64,000 nucleotides of DNA from Anthoceros angustus. Taxonomy: Eukaryota > Plantae > Anthocerotophyta. Of the stretch, positions 37,120 through 48,997 are shown piece after piece; position 1 is the stretch's first letter; every line of letters begins with the position of its first letter. The notes beneath the pieces were generated by a model. That model worked only from the letters and a program-made list of their open reading frames with translations, did no database searches and had not been told where the DNA came from. The DNA is taken from contig VJWM01000272.1 in assembly GCA_010909165.1 (NCBI GenBank), positions 1-64,000 on the forward strand. Direction: 5' to 3'. A program made the position numbers and the translations under genes.

Positions 37120-40100
37120 GTAGGTGCCCAAGCCAGTAGCTAGCTACCCTTGTCCTGATTTGTATCTACAGTCAGAACCCACAAACTCAGATGTATACTG
37201 ACCCCTTCTCACTTGTGCAGGTTCGGAAGAAGTGCCACCACCGGTCACGGCAACTGTGGCAACCTCTGATGCCGCAGCAGGTAATGAAACTACATGAATC
37301 CATGGATTTGATCCAACCACTTCCAAGCTGTTGTTGTTGTTGCAACTAGTTTGAATGCCTGTACCGAATGCACCACTTGATGCTGCTGCTGGCAGGCAGT
37401 CTGATGATTGACTGATTGGCTGTTTTGTTTTCACCACAATTTCCAGTTGCTGTTCCTGAGGAGCTCAGTGCCCTGCTTGCCGAGCTCGACTCACCTTCGC
37501 CCACACTCAGTAGTCTTCCTCGTGTGAAGCGTTTGGGCACTTGTTCAAGAGGGACGTGGAACATCCACAGGTGGAACTTGAACTGCGCATGCGCCTTATG
37601 AAGGCTATCGGAAATGCCCCACACTCAGATTCATAGATCTCGACCCTCTTGGGCGTCGAAATTACAGGGTGACGGTGGCAGAGGCGATGGCGCTGCTGGA
37701 AGGCCTGAGCTCGAATGCAATAGTGGAACGGCTGGACTTGAGTGGCTTCCTTGGTTTTGGAACAGGTGAAGTCTGCGCTGCAATCGCCGCTATCTTGCAA
37801 TCCAGCCGCACCTTGCAATTTCTGAATATGGGATACACTGGCATGACTGTCGAAGGACTGGCTTGCATTGCCCTGTACTGCGACATAATCGCAGCACTGT
37901 GCTTCGCACCTTGTATCTTTCTGGAAACACGACTGTGGGAGAAGGTGTTGGAGCTCAACACCTGGCTGATATCCTGACCAGCACTCCCGCTCTTCGCAAC
38001 CTGGGGATGTGGGATACAGGGATGGATGAGGCGGGAGCATTGATGATAGGGGATGCTCTGGCTCAGAACACCACACTTGACTGGCTGAACATAGGATTCA
38101 ATCAAGCGTGGAGGCCAAAGCAGGCAGGGATGATGGCCACGCTGTTAGCTCGAGCATTCACCCTGGCATGCTGGACGCAGACCAGGAGGCTGAAGGTGTT
38201 GCTCCCAAGCTTCCTTCTGTTAACGAGTCTGTCACACATCTCCAGCTGGAAGTATGGGGAGCAGGACAGCAGCCTGTCATCGCTGAGTTGGGAGAAGCTG
38301 TGGCCCGCATGCTGCGGTCGAACATGACTTTAAGGCATCTCGATGTATGTACCTGCTTTATAAGGCAGGGATTGGAGGGGCTGTGTGACAACAGCAGCGT
38401 TATCCGTGTGACAGTCCGACATGGTAGCTCTTGTGCTAAGGAGGACTACTGCAAGCTGATGCCAATCCTGCAGAGTTGCCAGACAGTGGAAAAGTTTACA
38501 ATTAGTTCAGGACGGTTTGGGACCTTTGGGATCATCCGACTTCCTCAAGACGATTTTCGAATGGTTGCAGGACAATCCTCGCCTCAACAAGTTGGTGTTG
38601 GATGGCTGGAAAGGGTTGGACGACCATATGTTCCAAGACCTGTTGCGGGCTCTGCAAGTGAACACCAATTTGGAGAAAATATCGTTCGAGAACACTGTGT
38701 GGAAAAGTCAGGGAAAAGGAGCTGCAGTGGATGAGGTACTACGGCAAAACAGGGAATACCGAAAAGCTCTGGCAGGGGCTCCAACAATGCCAGTGAAATC
38801 ATGTCGCCTCGTACTTTGTGGATTTCCATATGCAGGTGAGCCACGTGCTGAACCCAAAGTTTGTACATCCCCAAATGGCGTAGTTGTGGCAGACTTCACT
38901 GCAGTTGTTTCTGTCTTCTACATCTGTTTTCTTGTCTTAACGTTGTTTTCGTCTCCGGAGTGTAATCGGTGGTAAATGTTGCTGTTTCAGGAAAACCACG
39001 ATACGGAATACGTTGATGAGTACGCAAACACACGAAAACGATGTGGAGATCGAGGGTGAAACGATTTCGAAACGTATACCTCGAACTCTTGGGTTTGAGG
39101 TTGAGGTGATAAAAGATGGTCCATCCTTGAGAATAACCGTTTGGGATCTTGCAGGGCACAGGGAGTTTCATGCTCTTCACGATGTGGTCTTTCCTGCTGT
39201 GAATAGCTCCTCTCTCTTCTTGTTTGTCTATAACCCGTTCAAACTTGGTGGTAATTATTCAAGTGCGGGAATGAAGGAGAGAAAGGATTTCCGAGATGAA
39301 TTTATTTATTGGCTTAAATTTATTGCTTCCAACTCGCGGTTAGCTCAACAGGTGAAACCTTATGTTCATGTGGTGGTAACATTTGGTGACAAGCTTGAAG
39401 GTAGGATGTCTTGAAGGTTGCACGGAGGAAGTGTTGGTGATGAAGAAAAGTTCATGGCTGTTGTGGAAACATCCAATGAACCCACTTTCATCAATGGACA
39501 GAGTTGGAAAGATGTGTATGCACTACGCAGCCTCATAGAGGAAAAGCTACAACTTGTCAGCAAATTGGCCCCAATTCCCAATATTTGTGAGCAGACCCGT
39601 ATACATGTGCAAAGATGGGCTGAGGATCAACAAGGTATGCCAATCATTTCTGTTGAGAAGTTTAGTGAGTTGTTTCATAGCACATGTAAGGCGGCAATAG
39701 GGCATCCACTCATCTCGAGGATTACAAGATTTCTTAGAGACTTCATGGACAAAGAGGATAGCTGGAAAGTAGTAGCATCATATCTCAAGGATTCGGGAGA
39801 TCATATATTTCCAAATGTCACAGCTTATGGTCATCAACCTCCGATGGTTAGGAATGGGCGTTTTGGTCAGCTGATTAGTATATTTGGTGAACGGACAATA
39901 GGCAAGATTGGCTTCAAGTTCAAAATGGGTTTATCAGCAAATATGGGTTGAGTAGCCTTCTAAAATGTCTTTGAACAAGGTAGGGCTTGATGAAACCATT
40001 GTGAGCGAGGAACAATTCATCCAATTGATGCTTGAGTTGCACCTTTGCCACGAAAGCAGAGATGAGGAAGGAGAAGTGCGTTATTTTGTTCCAATATGTA

Positions 40101-41870
40101 CGTATAAAGAAGATGTATCGAGTTGATCAGTTAGTATGGCCTTCACGGTGGTAATCTTCATGATTATATCTTTATGGGTTTGCGTCTACAATGTGATGAT
40201 CAAGATTGTACATTCCTCACACCAGGATTTTTCCCTAGGTTACAGGTTTGTAACTTTTCTCAAGTTGGCTATCTTTTGTTTTATGTCCTGAAACTTCTTC
40301 TTTTGTTTTATGTCCTTGAAACTTCTTCTTTTGTTTTATTATTATTATTGATTGTTAACTAGTCTCATTGTTCCTATATATTGTAGGTACTTTTATACAC
40401 ATATTGTTTGTCAAAAGGCTGGGTTGATGAGGAAAGACCAATTGATTCAGGAATAAAATTGGAGTCTAATGTCCTTTTAATATCTGCAGAGGCACTAGAT
40501 ATCTTTGTGGAATTTAATGCTGAATTGGGTTGCTACATAGATATACTGGCCCGATCTACTCAAGGCTATTTAGAGTCCATGTCATTTTTGAAGGAACATA
40601 TTGTATCTCAGATTCGGGCATTTTGTGCTTCATATGAGGGTTGTGCAGGGGTCACACTGGTTGAAGGTGTTCTTCGACATGAATGTGGCATCCCTCACTC
40701 TATGCGACATAGGAGACACGAGTGTATCGACGATAAGCTAGTCAAAGCGGTGGCTGCTGCAAAGGACCGATGCTATGCTCACTACACGCATCTTGGAGGC
40801 TCTTGATGGCGGCAGAGCTCGACACTCATTTTAAAGGCCAACATAGAGTATGCAACGTGGTGGATGGTCATGTCATTTTGGGACAAAAGAGGACCTTGCA
40901 AGCGAGTTCCAAGGTTGAAGCTCTCAATCGTGAATAGTCTTTCTTCTTTTGTTTTATGTCCTTGTTCACATGTAGTTTTTAGCATTACACAAGCGGTGCT
41001 TTCTTGCAAACTCGATGTACTGCAGGATCAAAATCTAGCAGGAGAAAAGATGCTGAAACTTCTAGACACCTATCCCTGCAAGTAGTGCAAGCTGTGCTGA
41101 AAGAAGAGCCTATTGTTGGGAGTATTTATCCTAACCATGGTGTAGAAGGAGGAAAACGAAGAGGTTTGGCAATGATTCTGAGTATGGAAGAGGACAGACC
41201 TGGAGGAGCTGTAGACAGAGGGCGACTTGAAGCTCTTTTTGAGACTTTGGCATTTGATACTGATATATTATTGGACGGTTCTGAGAGTGTGAAAGCACGA
41301 TTTAGGAGCGTTGCCAAACTCCTACCTAGCTAAGGACGATTGCTTTCATGTTGCATCAATGCTCATGGGGGATTGAAGAAGATGGCGGCATACATTATCA
41401 TAAGTGGAGCACGGCGGAGAAGCTATATGTTGATGATGACATCTTGAAGCCCATCTGAATCCACGTGGTTGAGACAAGCCCAAGGTGTTTTGATCAATGC
41501 TTGTCGAGCCGTAGCCTTATCACAAGCGAAAGCTAAGGACTCTGAAGTTGAGAGTAGCCAAATGGTGAGCAAGAGAGCCGGAGAAGTCCGATTCACGCAT
41601 GAAGGATTGTCTCATCTTCTTCTCGACGTCATGGACAACAATCCTTTAGAGATGTTGAGAAAGGCACAAACTTTATCACAGCTTTGATGAAAGCCATCAT
41701 TCGGGGTCTCAAGAAGGGATGATGTGTGCATTTTAACATCGGTGATTGCCGAGGTCACGGAGATAGAAGTCAAGCTCCCAAGTGAAGCAGGAAGGCGCCC
41801 TGAGAAGAGATCCCAGTGTCCAGAGTTGTACTCCACACTCACCAAAAAACTTTGCTGGTCTTTACCATAA
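30469..41870 (+). CDS. TORNADO1-like LRR-Roc-COR gene copy C with downstream caspase-like domain (most complete copy; frameshifted as written)
   Basis: Five super-modules to 37119, intron/linker/intron, divergent LRR module to 38835, P-loop intron 38836-38990, Roc-COR to ~40929, candidate intron 40930-41025, caspase-like domain to TAA 41868-41870. Confidence 0.9.
41154..41870 (+). CDS. Caspase-like (peptidase C14) domain, copy C
   Basis: KRRGLAMILSMEEDRPGGAVDRGRLEALFETLAFD in one frame (ORF 41004-41333). CINAHG has its His at 41364 and NACR its Cys at 41502. 41718-41870 reads DDVCILTSVIAEVTEIEVKLPSEAGRRPEKRSQCPELYSTLTKKLCWSLP*. Confidence 0.85.
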
Positions 41871-41936
41871 GTTCACTTTTTGGCCAACGGGAATTCGGTG
41901 TGGCCATGTTCCTTCATCCGTAACCAGACTGCAATA

Positions 41937-43190
41937 CAATCATCGTTCCCAACAAGACATTGTTGGTGAAGCAAATTGCTTATAATGCGACCTCATTTGT
42001 CCTTTTCTCCTCATTTCTTGTTTAGTGGCTCGCATACAATTTGGAAGAGAAACGACTCCTTCTGTGGATGAACCTGTAGGTGAGAGCTCATGGACTTTAG
42101 GGAGGAAAGAACAAGGGAGTTGTGGAGCTGTAGCTGTACTCTTTGGTTTCAAGAAGCAAGTCCAGATGTAAGCGTTCCTCGATCGAATGACTTCTAGTCC
42201 TTTTGCATATTAGATGTGTGTTCCATCTTCTTGAGCGGCCCAGGCTGGGACAGGATGTCCCTCACTCAAATCGCGTTTGAGGCTTGCCTTTCTTTCACGA
42301 TGAGAAAACACAAAGCGCGGACAGTAGCTCACAGTAGCTGGTGCCAAACCCTCATCTCTGGTGTTAGGGTTATGACATTTTCGCTGTTGAAATCTAGATT
42401 AGGTTACTTTTCATGCATCACCGACAACACAAACATGTATGTAAATTTGTGTTGTCCTTCCAATGTGCCGGTGAGAATGTTGCGTGCCTAGGACTTTGAG
42501 CAGTTCCGCTTAACAAATGGCGAGGTCTAGGTGGGAACTTGCTTTTTGTGAACCTTCTTGGATGACACTTACTGTAGAATCATCGTTCCCAACAAGACAT
42601 TGTTGGTGAAGCAAATTGCTTCTAATGCGTCTCATTTGTCCTTTCTCCTCATTTCTTGTTTAGTGGCTCGCATACAATTTGGAAGAGAAACGACTCCGTG
42701 GATGAACTGTAGGTGAGAGCTCATGGACTTTAGGGAGGAAAGAACAAGGGAGTTATGGACAGGCATACTCTTTGGTTTCAAGAAGCAAGTCCGGATGTAA
42801 GCGTTCCTCGATCGAATGACTTCTAGTCCTTTTGCATATTAGATGTGTGTTCCATCTTCTTGGCGGCCAGTGAGACGGGATGTCCCTCACTCAAATCGCG
42901 TTTGAGGCTTGCCTTTCTTTCACGATGAGAAAACACAAAGCGCGGAGCTCATGAGTGTGCCAAACCCTCATCTCCGGTGTTAGGGCTATGACATTTTCGC
43001 TTGAAATCTAGATTAGGTTACTTTTCATGCATCACCGACAACACAAACATGTATGTAAATTTGTGTTGTCCTTCAGGTGATGTGAGAATGTTGCGTGCCT
43101 AGGACTTTGAACAATGGTTCCGCTTAACAAAGAAATGGCGAGGTCTAGGTGGGAACTTGCTCAACTTCTGGATGACACTTACATTTAGAA
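41937..43190. repeat. ~640-bp tandem duplication in the 3' flank
   Basis: aatcatcgttcccaacaagacattgttggtgaagc occurs at 41937 and 42579. Confidence 0.88.
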
Positions 43191-46165
43191 TCATTTGTGC
43201 GAATTTTAGAACTTGTTGTCACAAGATAAGGAAAAATCCACATTAGGGAGGTGCACAAAAAGGGTTGAAAACGCCAAAAGGAACCATTTAAAACAATAAA
43301 TTTATCAAAATAAATACAAAATAAGCTCCAAAAATGCCAAAATTTTAAAACAAGTGCGTGCACTTGTGCGCGCATTTGTCTCAAAAACTTGGATTTTTTT
43401 TTTTTGGACTTTTCGTATTTTTTAGATTTTTTACTTTTTTTTTCTTTGAATGAACCGTCTGGGAATGCACTAGGAGACATGAACCCTATGGGTTCATGCC
43501 CCTAAAGCTTCTTGACCCTACGTGTGCACCTAGGCCCCTTTGGTGTGCACACAAGTGCGCGCATCTTCACTTAGGGTTTTCTCTTTTCCGATTCTATTAT
43601 TGCGAATTTGCTCGAAAGAAATGTGAAAATAAGAACCAACCACATTCAACTTTTCAACTTACGGATATTTGATTATGCTTCATCAATAGTCTCTAGGGCG
43701 ACTCAAAAAGCGATTAATTTTCATTATGCCCTATGTGCCTCTGTCCGTCACGTGCGGAAATTCGTCCTTAGTGGACTTAAATAAAATTCTTCTTCTTCTT
43801 CTTCTTACATCAAAACTCCATGATTAAGCGCCCTTGGGCGGATTGGTGACCTCCGGGAAGTCCGTCTTGCATGCACCCGCCGTCTCATCTTTTCTTCCAC
43901 TCCTTTTTTTTTTTTTCCCCTTCTTCTTCTTCTTTCCATTTTGAGCTCTAGAGTTCTTTGCTTTCCTTTCCCCGAATTTTATTGAAGTCCACTAAGAACG
44001 GATTTCCTTCATGTGACTCATTTGACAGAGTTACACAGAGGGCATAATGAGAATTAACTGCTATTCTGAGTCTGGCCTTCAAACTAGTGTTGTGAAGCAT
44101 AATCAAATATTTGGCAGGTTGAAAAATTGAATATGTTGCGTTCTTATTTCCCACAATTTGTTTCAAGCAAACTCTTGCAATAATAGGGTCAAGAACAGAG
44201 AGAAAACCCCGGAGTGAAGATTGAGTTGTTGTAAGTAGATTGATAAAAGTATGCTTGACATCATCATAAATGGGATAGAGGAACACAAAGTGGTCTTCAG
44301 TCTCAACACCCCTGTTGCATAACTTGCAAATTCTGGACTCCCTTGGTGGCTTTGGACGTACCCGTCTATCAGTCTCAATTCAATTCCCGAGACGATGAGA
44401 CCCGATACGAATATGACCCGTAATCATCCTAAGCTTGAAAGACACATGGGTGCGAAGATAGAGAGAAAGCAAAGGTTTCCAGTTGGGAGCGATCTAAAAA
44501 ATTGTTTGTAGGTCTTGAGCTTAGTGGGTAAGGAGAGAGGAGACCAAGTATAGGACAAATAGGTAGTCAACAACAAATAGGTAGTCAAATATGTAGGCAT
44601 AGCTCATCAACAAAACCAAACCAACTCCTTTCTCCTTCTTACATAACGCATTACATGTGCACCTATGCTCATTCCTAAAGCCAACTCATTCAATCTCGTC
44701 ATCTAATGAGTGCTCCTCACCTTCGCATTTGTCCAAAGCCCTTTTTTTTTGCACTATGTGGCCCCGCCCAAGCGCCATGCATGATACATCCACTTGTCCT
44801 TGAAGGCCCTCGGCACAGGTGACCCAATGGCCACGATCTCCATACTCCGCACTCCAACTTCATTCCACCTCATCAATATGTAGGCCAAACAAGTTTGGAG
44901 AAGATGATCCCCATGGCGGACTACCATATTACAAGGTAAATCCAAGAGGCATGAGGTAGTGCGGTCAAAAGCAACATGAGGTAGTAGTAGTAGTGTGTAG
45001 CGCGGATCTACAAGCAAAATCCTAATATTCCAGTGAACAAATCGTACTTGAAAGTAATTGTCATGCATGAAAGAAAAGGGCCAGCAGTCACCCGGGGGAC
45101 CGTCCACGGCCACTCCGGCGAAGGCGAAGGCTAAAGTTAAGGCTTTGTATCAATGCTTGTGAGTTACGGATCCCCATCCCCGGTATGATTGGAGACAAGG
45201 ACGCTCAACCCCGACGTTCTTTTGCGGCCATGGATAGGTGCACGATTGCGGTATGCTGGTGAGGGGATGAAGTTTGCTTGGTCTTTAAGACTTTATGTAC
45301 GTCGACGTCCACACCACAGAGACAAAGGCTCAATCGTATGAAGAAGAGGAGAAGAATTTTATTCAACTCTGTTTCTTACGTCTGTATGTTTCTTACGCCT
45401 TTGTGCACAATCGCGTTTCATCCACTACCACGAATTGCGTCGTCAGATTTATTATTCACGATCAAGGGAGTCCCAAGTTGGTGATCTCCAATATTTATCT
45501 ATGGGGTATAGCCGACGCGACGGCAGCTGAGTGAGAGCCTGCTTGTCTCAGAAGAACTCAGAAGTGAGTGAAGGCTTCAGAGCCTGGGGTGCCCCAATGT
45601 CAAGTGGAAGATGACAACGTGCTAATATCTATGCACTCAACAAAGTAGTCAGGGACCTGATTCTCGTAGGAAGAAGCTCGCTACACCTCAAGTTCCCCGA
45701 AAGGGAATCACTCCCTGCAAACAGAAACGTTCACAGTTACCAGTTGCTGGACGTAAAGGACAGCATTGGCATGCAAACAAGGGACGTGGTAAGATGTGGC
45801 ATTCCACAGAAACGAACAGAGTCAAAACCAAAAACACGCGAGGCGGCAATGACTCAGATTATGGGTGGTGATCCATTAGAATTGTCGGCACGGGTTCAAG
45901 GACAATCATGAACTGGAGAGAGAGGAAGAGAACGGGAATGGGAAGGATGCCCCGGGTGACCGACGAGGTGAACTAGCGAATTGAGGTCGTGTGTGAACTT
46001 TGCATCGGTTCGTATGGCTTCTGCTTGGCGTGGCCTTGGAGAGGCATTCCATGAGGTTGACGTATCCTTGGCAAGGCATTCCACGTTTGCTCCCTGCATA
46101 TATGCTGGGATGTACGCACGGTTTTACGTTCATAGGTCAGTAGGATCCTGCGTTACCTGGCGCAG

Positions 46166-48885
46166 GTGTTTCATGGAAAAATGTGTCGTTTAAATGTGAC
46201 ATCTTGGAATGCCATGGTCTTGGGGTACCACCAGATGAGTTGTGGTGTGGAGGCTGCTGCTGTTGTGGTCAATGATGCAAGACAAGGGTCAAGGGTGCAA
46301 GACCTGGGTCAAGGATTCAAGAGAAGGGTCAAGTCCCGAATGGGACAACATGTGCTGGTGAGAGCCACCGACGCCGGCCGATGTCAGTCACAACAAAACT
46401 TGGATGTGATTTGTAGGAAGGAAACACGCTTGTGGATGCGTATGCAAAATGTGGGACCTCCAGGAATGAGTCAAATGCTTGAAGACTTGCCTCTCAAAAG
46501 TAATGTGGTTCCGGGGCACACCATGATCTTGGGGTACACCTCCCAGATCCACAAGGCTGAACAGGAAGCTCTGCTCCTGTACTCACAGATGCAGCAGGAA
46601 GGTGTGGTCCCGAATTACCGCACATATGCTGTTGTCCTTAAAGCTTGCCGTAGCCTGGCAGCATGGGGTGGGCGAAATGGTGGGCATGCACTTGGATCAA
46701 GTGTGAGAGAGCAATGCCTGCGAACTGTGAAAGCTGTCCATTCCGATGTTGTGAAGGGTAAGTGCAAGTCGGACGTGTTTGTGGCCAACATGCTTGTGGA
46801 TGCATACTCAAAGTGTGGAAGTGTAGAAGATGCTAGACACGTGTTTGATAACATGCCTGTCCGTAGTGTGGTTTCTTGGACTGCCATGATTTTGGGGTAC
46901 GCCCATATGCACAAGGGTGAGGAGGCTTTGAAGTTGTACATGGAGATGCGACGAGCAGGTGTTGTTCCCAACGAGAGAACATATGTGGGTGCGCTTAAGG
47001 CCTGCAGTACCATGGCAGAGTTGGGAGCTGATGGCGTATCTCCCAAACGCCAGTTTCTGGAACCTCTTGTGAGAGCCATCCACCAAGATGTCAAGAAGGC
47101 GAGGTTGGAGCCAAATGTGTTTGTGGGGAACATGCTGGTGGATGCTTATGCAAAATGCGGAGCCTGGAGACTGCCAGGCAGGTGTTTGAGGACATGTCTT
47201 ACCGCAATGTAGTGGTATGGAATACGATGATCTTTGGTTACTCCCAGCAAGCGGGGAAGGGTGAAGAAGCTCTGCTGCTCTACAAACAGATGCAACAAGG
47301 TGGTGTGGTAGCTGATTCCCGAACATATGTCGGTGCGCTTCAGGCTTGCGGTGCCATTGCAGAACAGGAGAGAAACGAGGGTGACGGAGTTCGTGTCACA
47401 AAACAGTGCCTGGAAACCGTGACAACCATCCACAGACATGTCTTGAAGAGGAAGTTGGAGTCCGATGTATTTGTAGCAACCATGCTGGTGGACGTGTATG
47501 CCAAATGTGGAAGCCTGGAGAAGGCCAGGAAGTTGTTCGAAAACATGCCTCACCGTGATGCGGTTTCATGGAATGCCATGATCTTGGGATATGCTCAGAT
47601 GCAGGAGCCTCAAGAGGCCTTGAACCTGTACGAGTTGATGAGACAGGAATCCGTGGTTCCTGACGACCGCACTTATGTTGCTGTTCTGAAGGCTTGCTGC
47701 ACCCTTGCCCAACAAGTAGGGGACAGAAAATGCATTGCCTGCAGACAGTGGCACGCATCCATGGCGATGTGGGCAAAGGACGGTTTGATTCCAACGTGTT
47801 TGTCGCAAACATGCTCGTAAATGCGTATGCAAAATGTGGGAACCTGGAGAAGGCCCGGCTGGTGTTTGACAAGATCCCTCATCGTGATGTGGTGGCTTGG
47901 ACTGCCATGGTTTTAGGGTACGCCCAGATGGACAAGGGTGAAGAAGCTTTGCACCTGTACTCGCAGATGCAACAGGAAGGTGTCCTGCCAAACGAGCGCA
48001 CATTCGTGGCTGCCCTAACAGCCTGCAGCAGCGTGGCTGGACTGGAGAAGGGAAGCAAATCCACGCTCAGATCCGCGAAGCCGGTGTGGATCTCTGCGCC
48101 TCCTCCCATGTGGCCAACAGTCTGATCGACATGTATGGCAAGTGCTCCAGCATGGTGGATGCGCGGAAGGTGTTCGACGCCATTGCCACTAACGACATCG
48201 TCGCATGGAACGCGTTGCTGTTAGGGTACGCGAAGCAAGGGCAGAGCGAGGCTGTGTTCCAATTGTTGGAGAGGATGAAGCAGGAGGAATCCATCCCAAC
48301 GACATCACCTTCCTCGGCGTGCTCATGGTATGCAGTCATGTCGGCCTGATGGACACCGGCCAGAAGTTCTTGGATGCCATGAGCAGAGATTACGGCATAG
48401 ATCCCTCGATCCAGCACCTCAACTGCATGGTGGATCTCCTCGGCCGCGCAGGCCGCATCCACCAAGCCATGGCCATGGTCCGCAGCATGCCCTTCCCGGC
48501 TGACATGTCCGTGTGGCGGAGCATCCTCAGCGCCTGCCAGAAGTGGCGAGCCGTGGAGCTCGGAAGGCGGGCCTTCGAATGCGCTGTTCGGCTGGATGCA
48601 CGAGACGCTGCGCCGTACGTCTTCATGGCCAACATCTATCTTGCTGCCGGCATGCCGGCCATGGCGGATAAGGTTCAGGCACGGCGTGCGATGGCGCAGG
48701 CGTGGAAGGAGCCGGGGCGCAGCTGGTGGATGGACGGGACCGGGAAGGTGCATGTTTTTCTGGTGGCGGATGCTGGACATCCCGAGAGCGAGGGCATTTA
48801 CGCCAAATTAGACGACATTGTTGCCTCTCTTCGCCGAAACCTGATTTCGTGTAAAACTTTTCCTTCAGTGCTTCTCCGTTCGTGA
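46166..48885 (+). CDS. PPR2 copy 2, PLS-class E+ PPR protein
   Basis: ORFs 46166-47212, 47155-47820, 47694-48125, 48086-48349 and 48205-48885 end with E1/E2/E+ (EPGRSWWMDGTGKVHVFLVADAGHPESEGIYAKL). No DYW. Confidence 0.93.
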
Positions 48886-48997
48886 CGAAAGGAGGTCACG
48901 GAAGGAGAAGCATCAAACGGCATAGTTTCTTCCCGCCTCCTTCGAGTTCTTCTTTTCGTCCTCTTTGGCTGTCGGAGCTTTCGTCGAGGTGCTGGCT

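Larger units (their letters stand above)
27268..43190 (+). repeat. Segmental duplicate of ~4105-19300 (PPR1 + TRN1-like gene + 3' flank)
   Basis: gcaacaactgaggcccc occurs at 4112 and 27271. The two blocks are colinear through PPR1, the ROCO gene and the 3' flank (18620-19300 vs 41870-42580). Confidence 0.85.

Noticed and set aside
41154-41870. Ordinary plant metacaspase
   Set aside because: It lacks the metacaspase D-S/A-C-H/Y-S-G and Y/F-S-G-H-G motifs and instead shows KPKVFLINACR and caspase p10-type motifs. A formal profile search is still needed.
43145-43480. Lys-rich minus-strand ORF (KEKKSKKSKK...)
   Set aside because: It arises from T-rich low-complexity sequence, and no domain is evident.
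45116-45170. Short echoes of caspase-region sequence (ggcgaaggctaa, atcaatgcttgt)
   Set aside because: The matches are only ~12 nt, not colinear, and could be chance.
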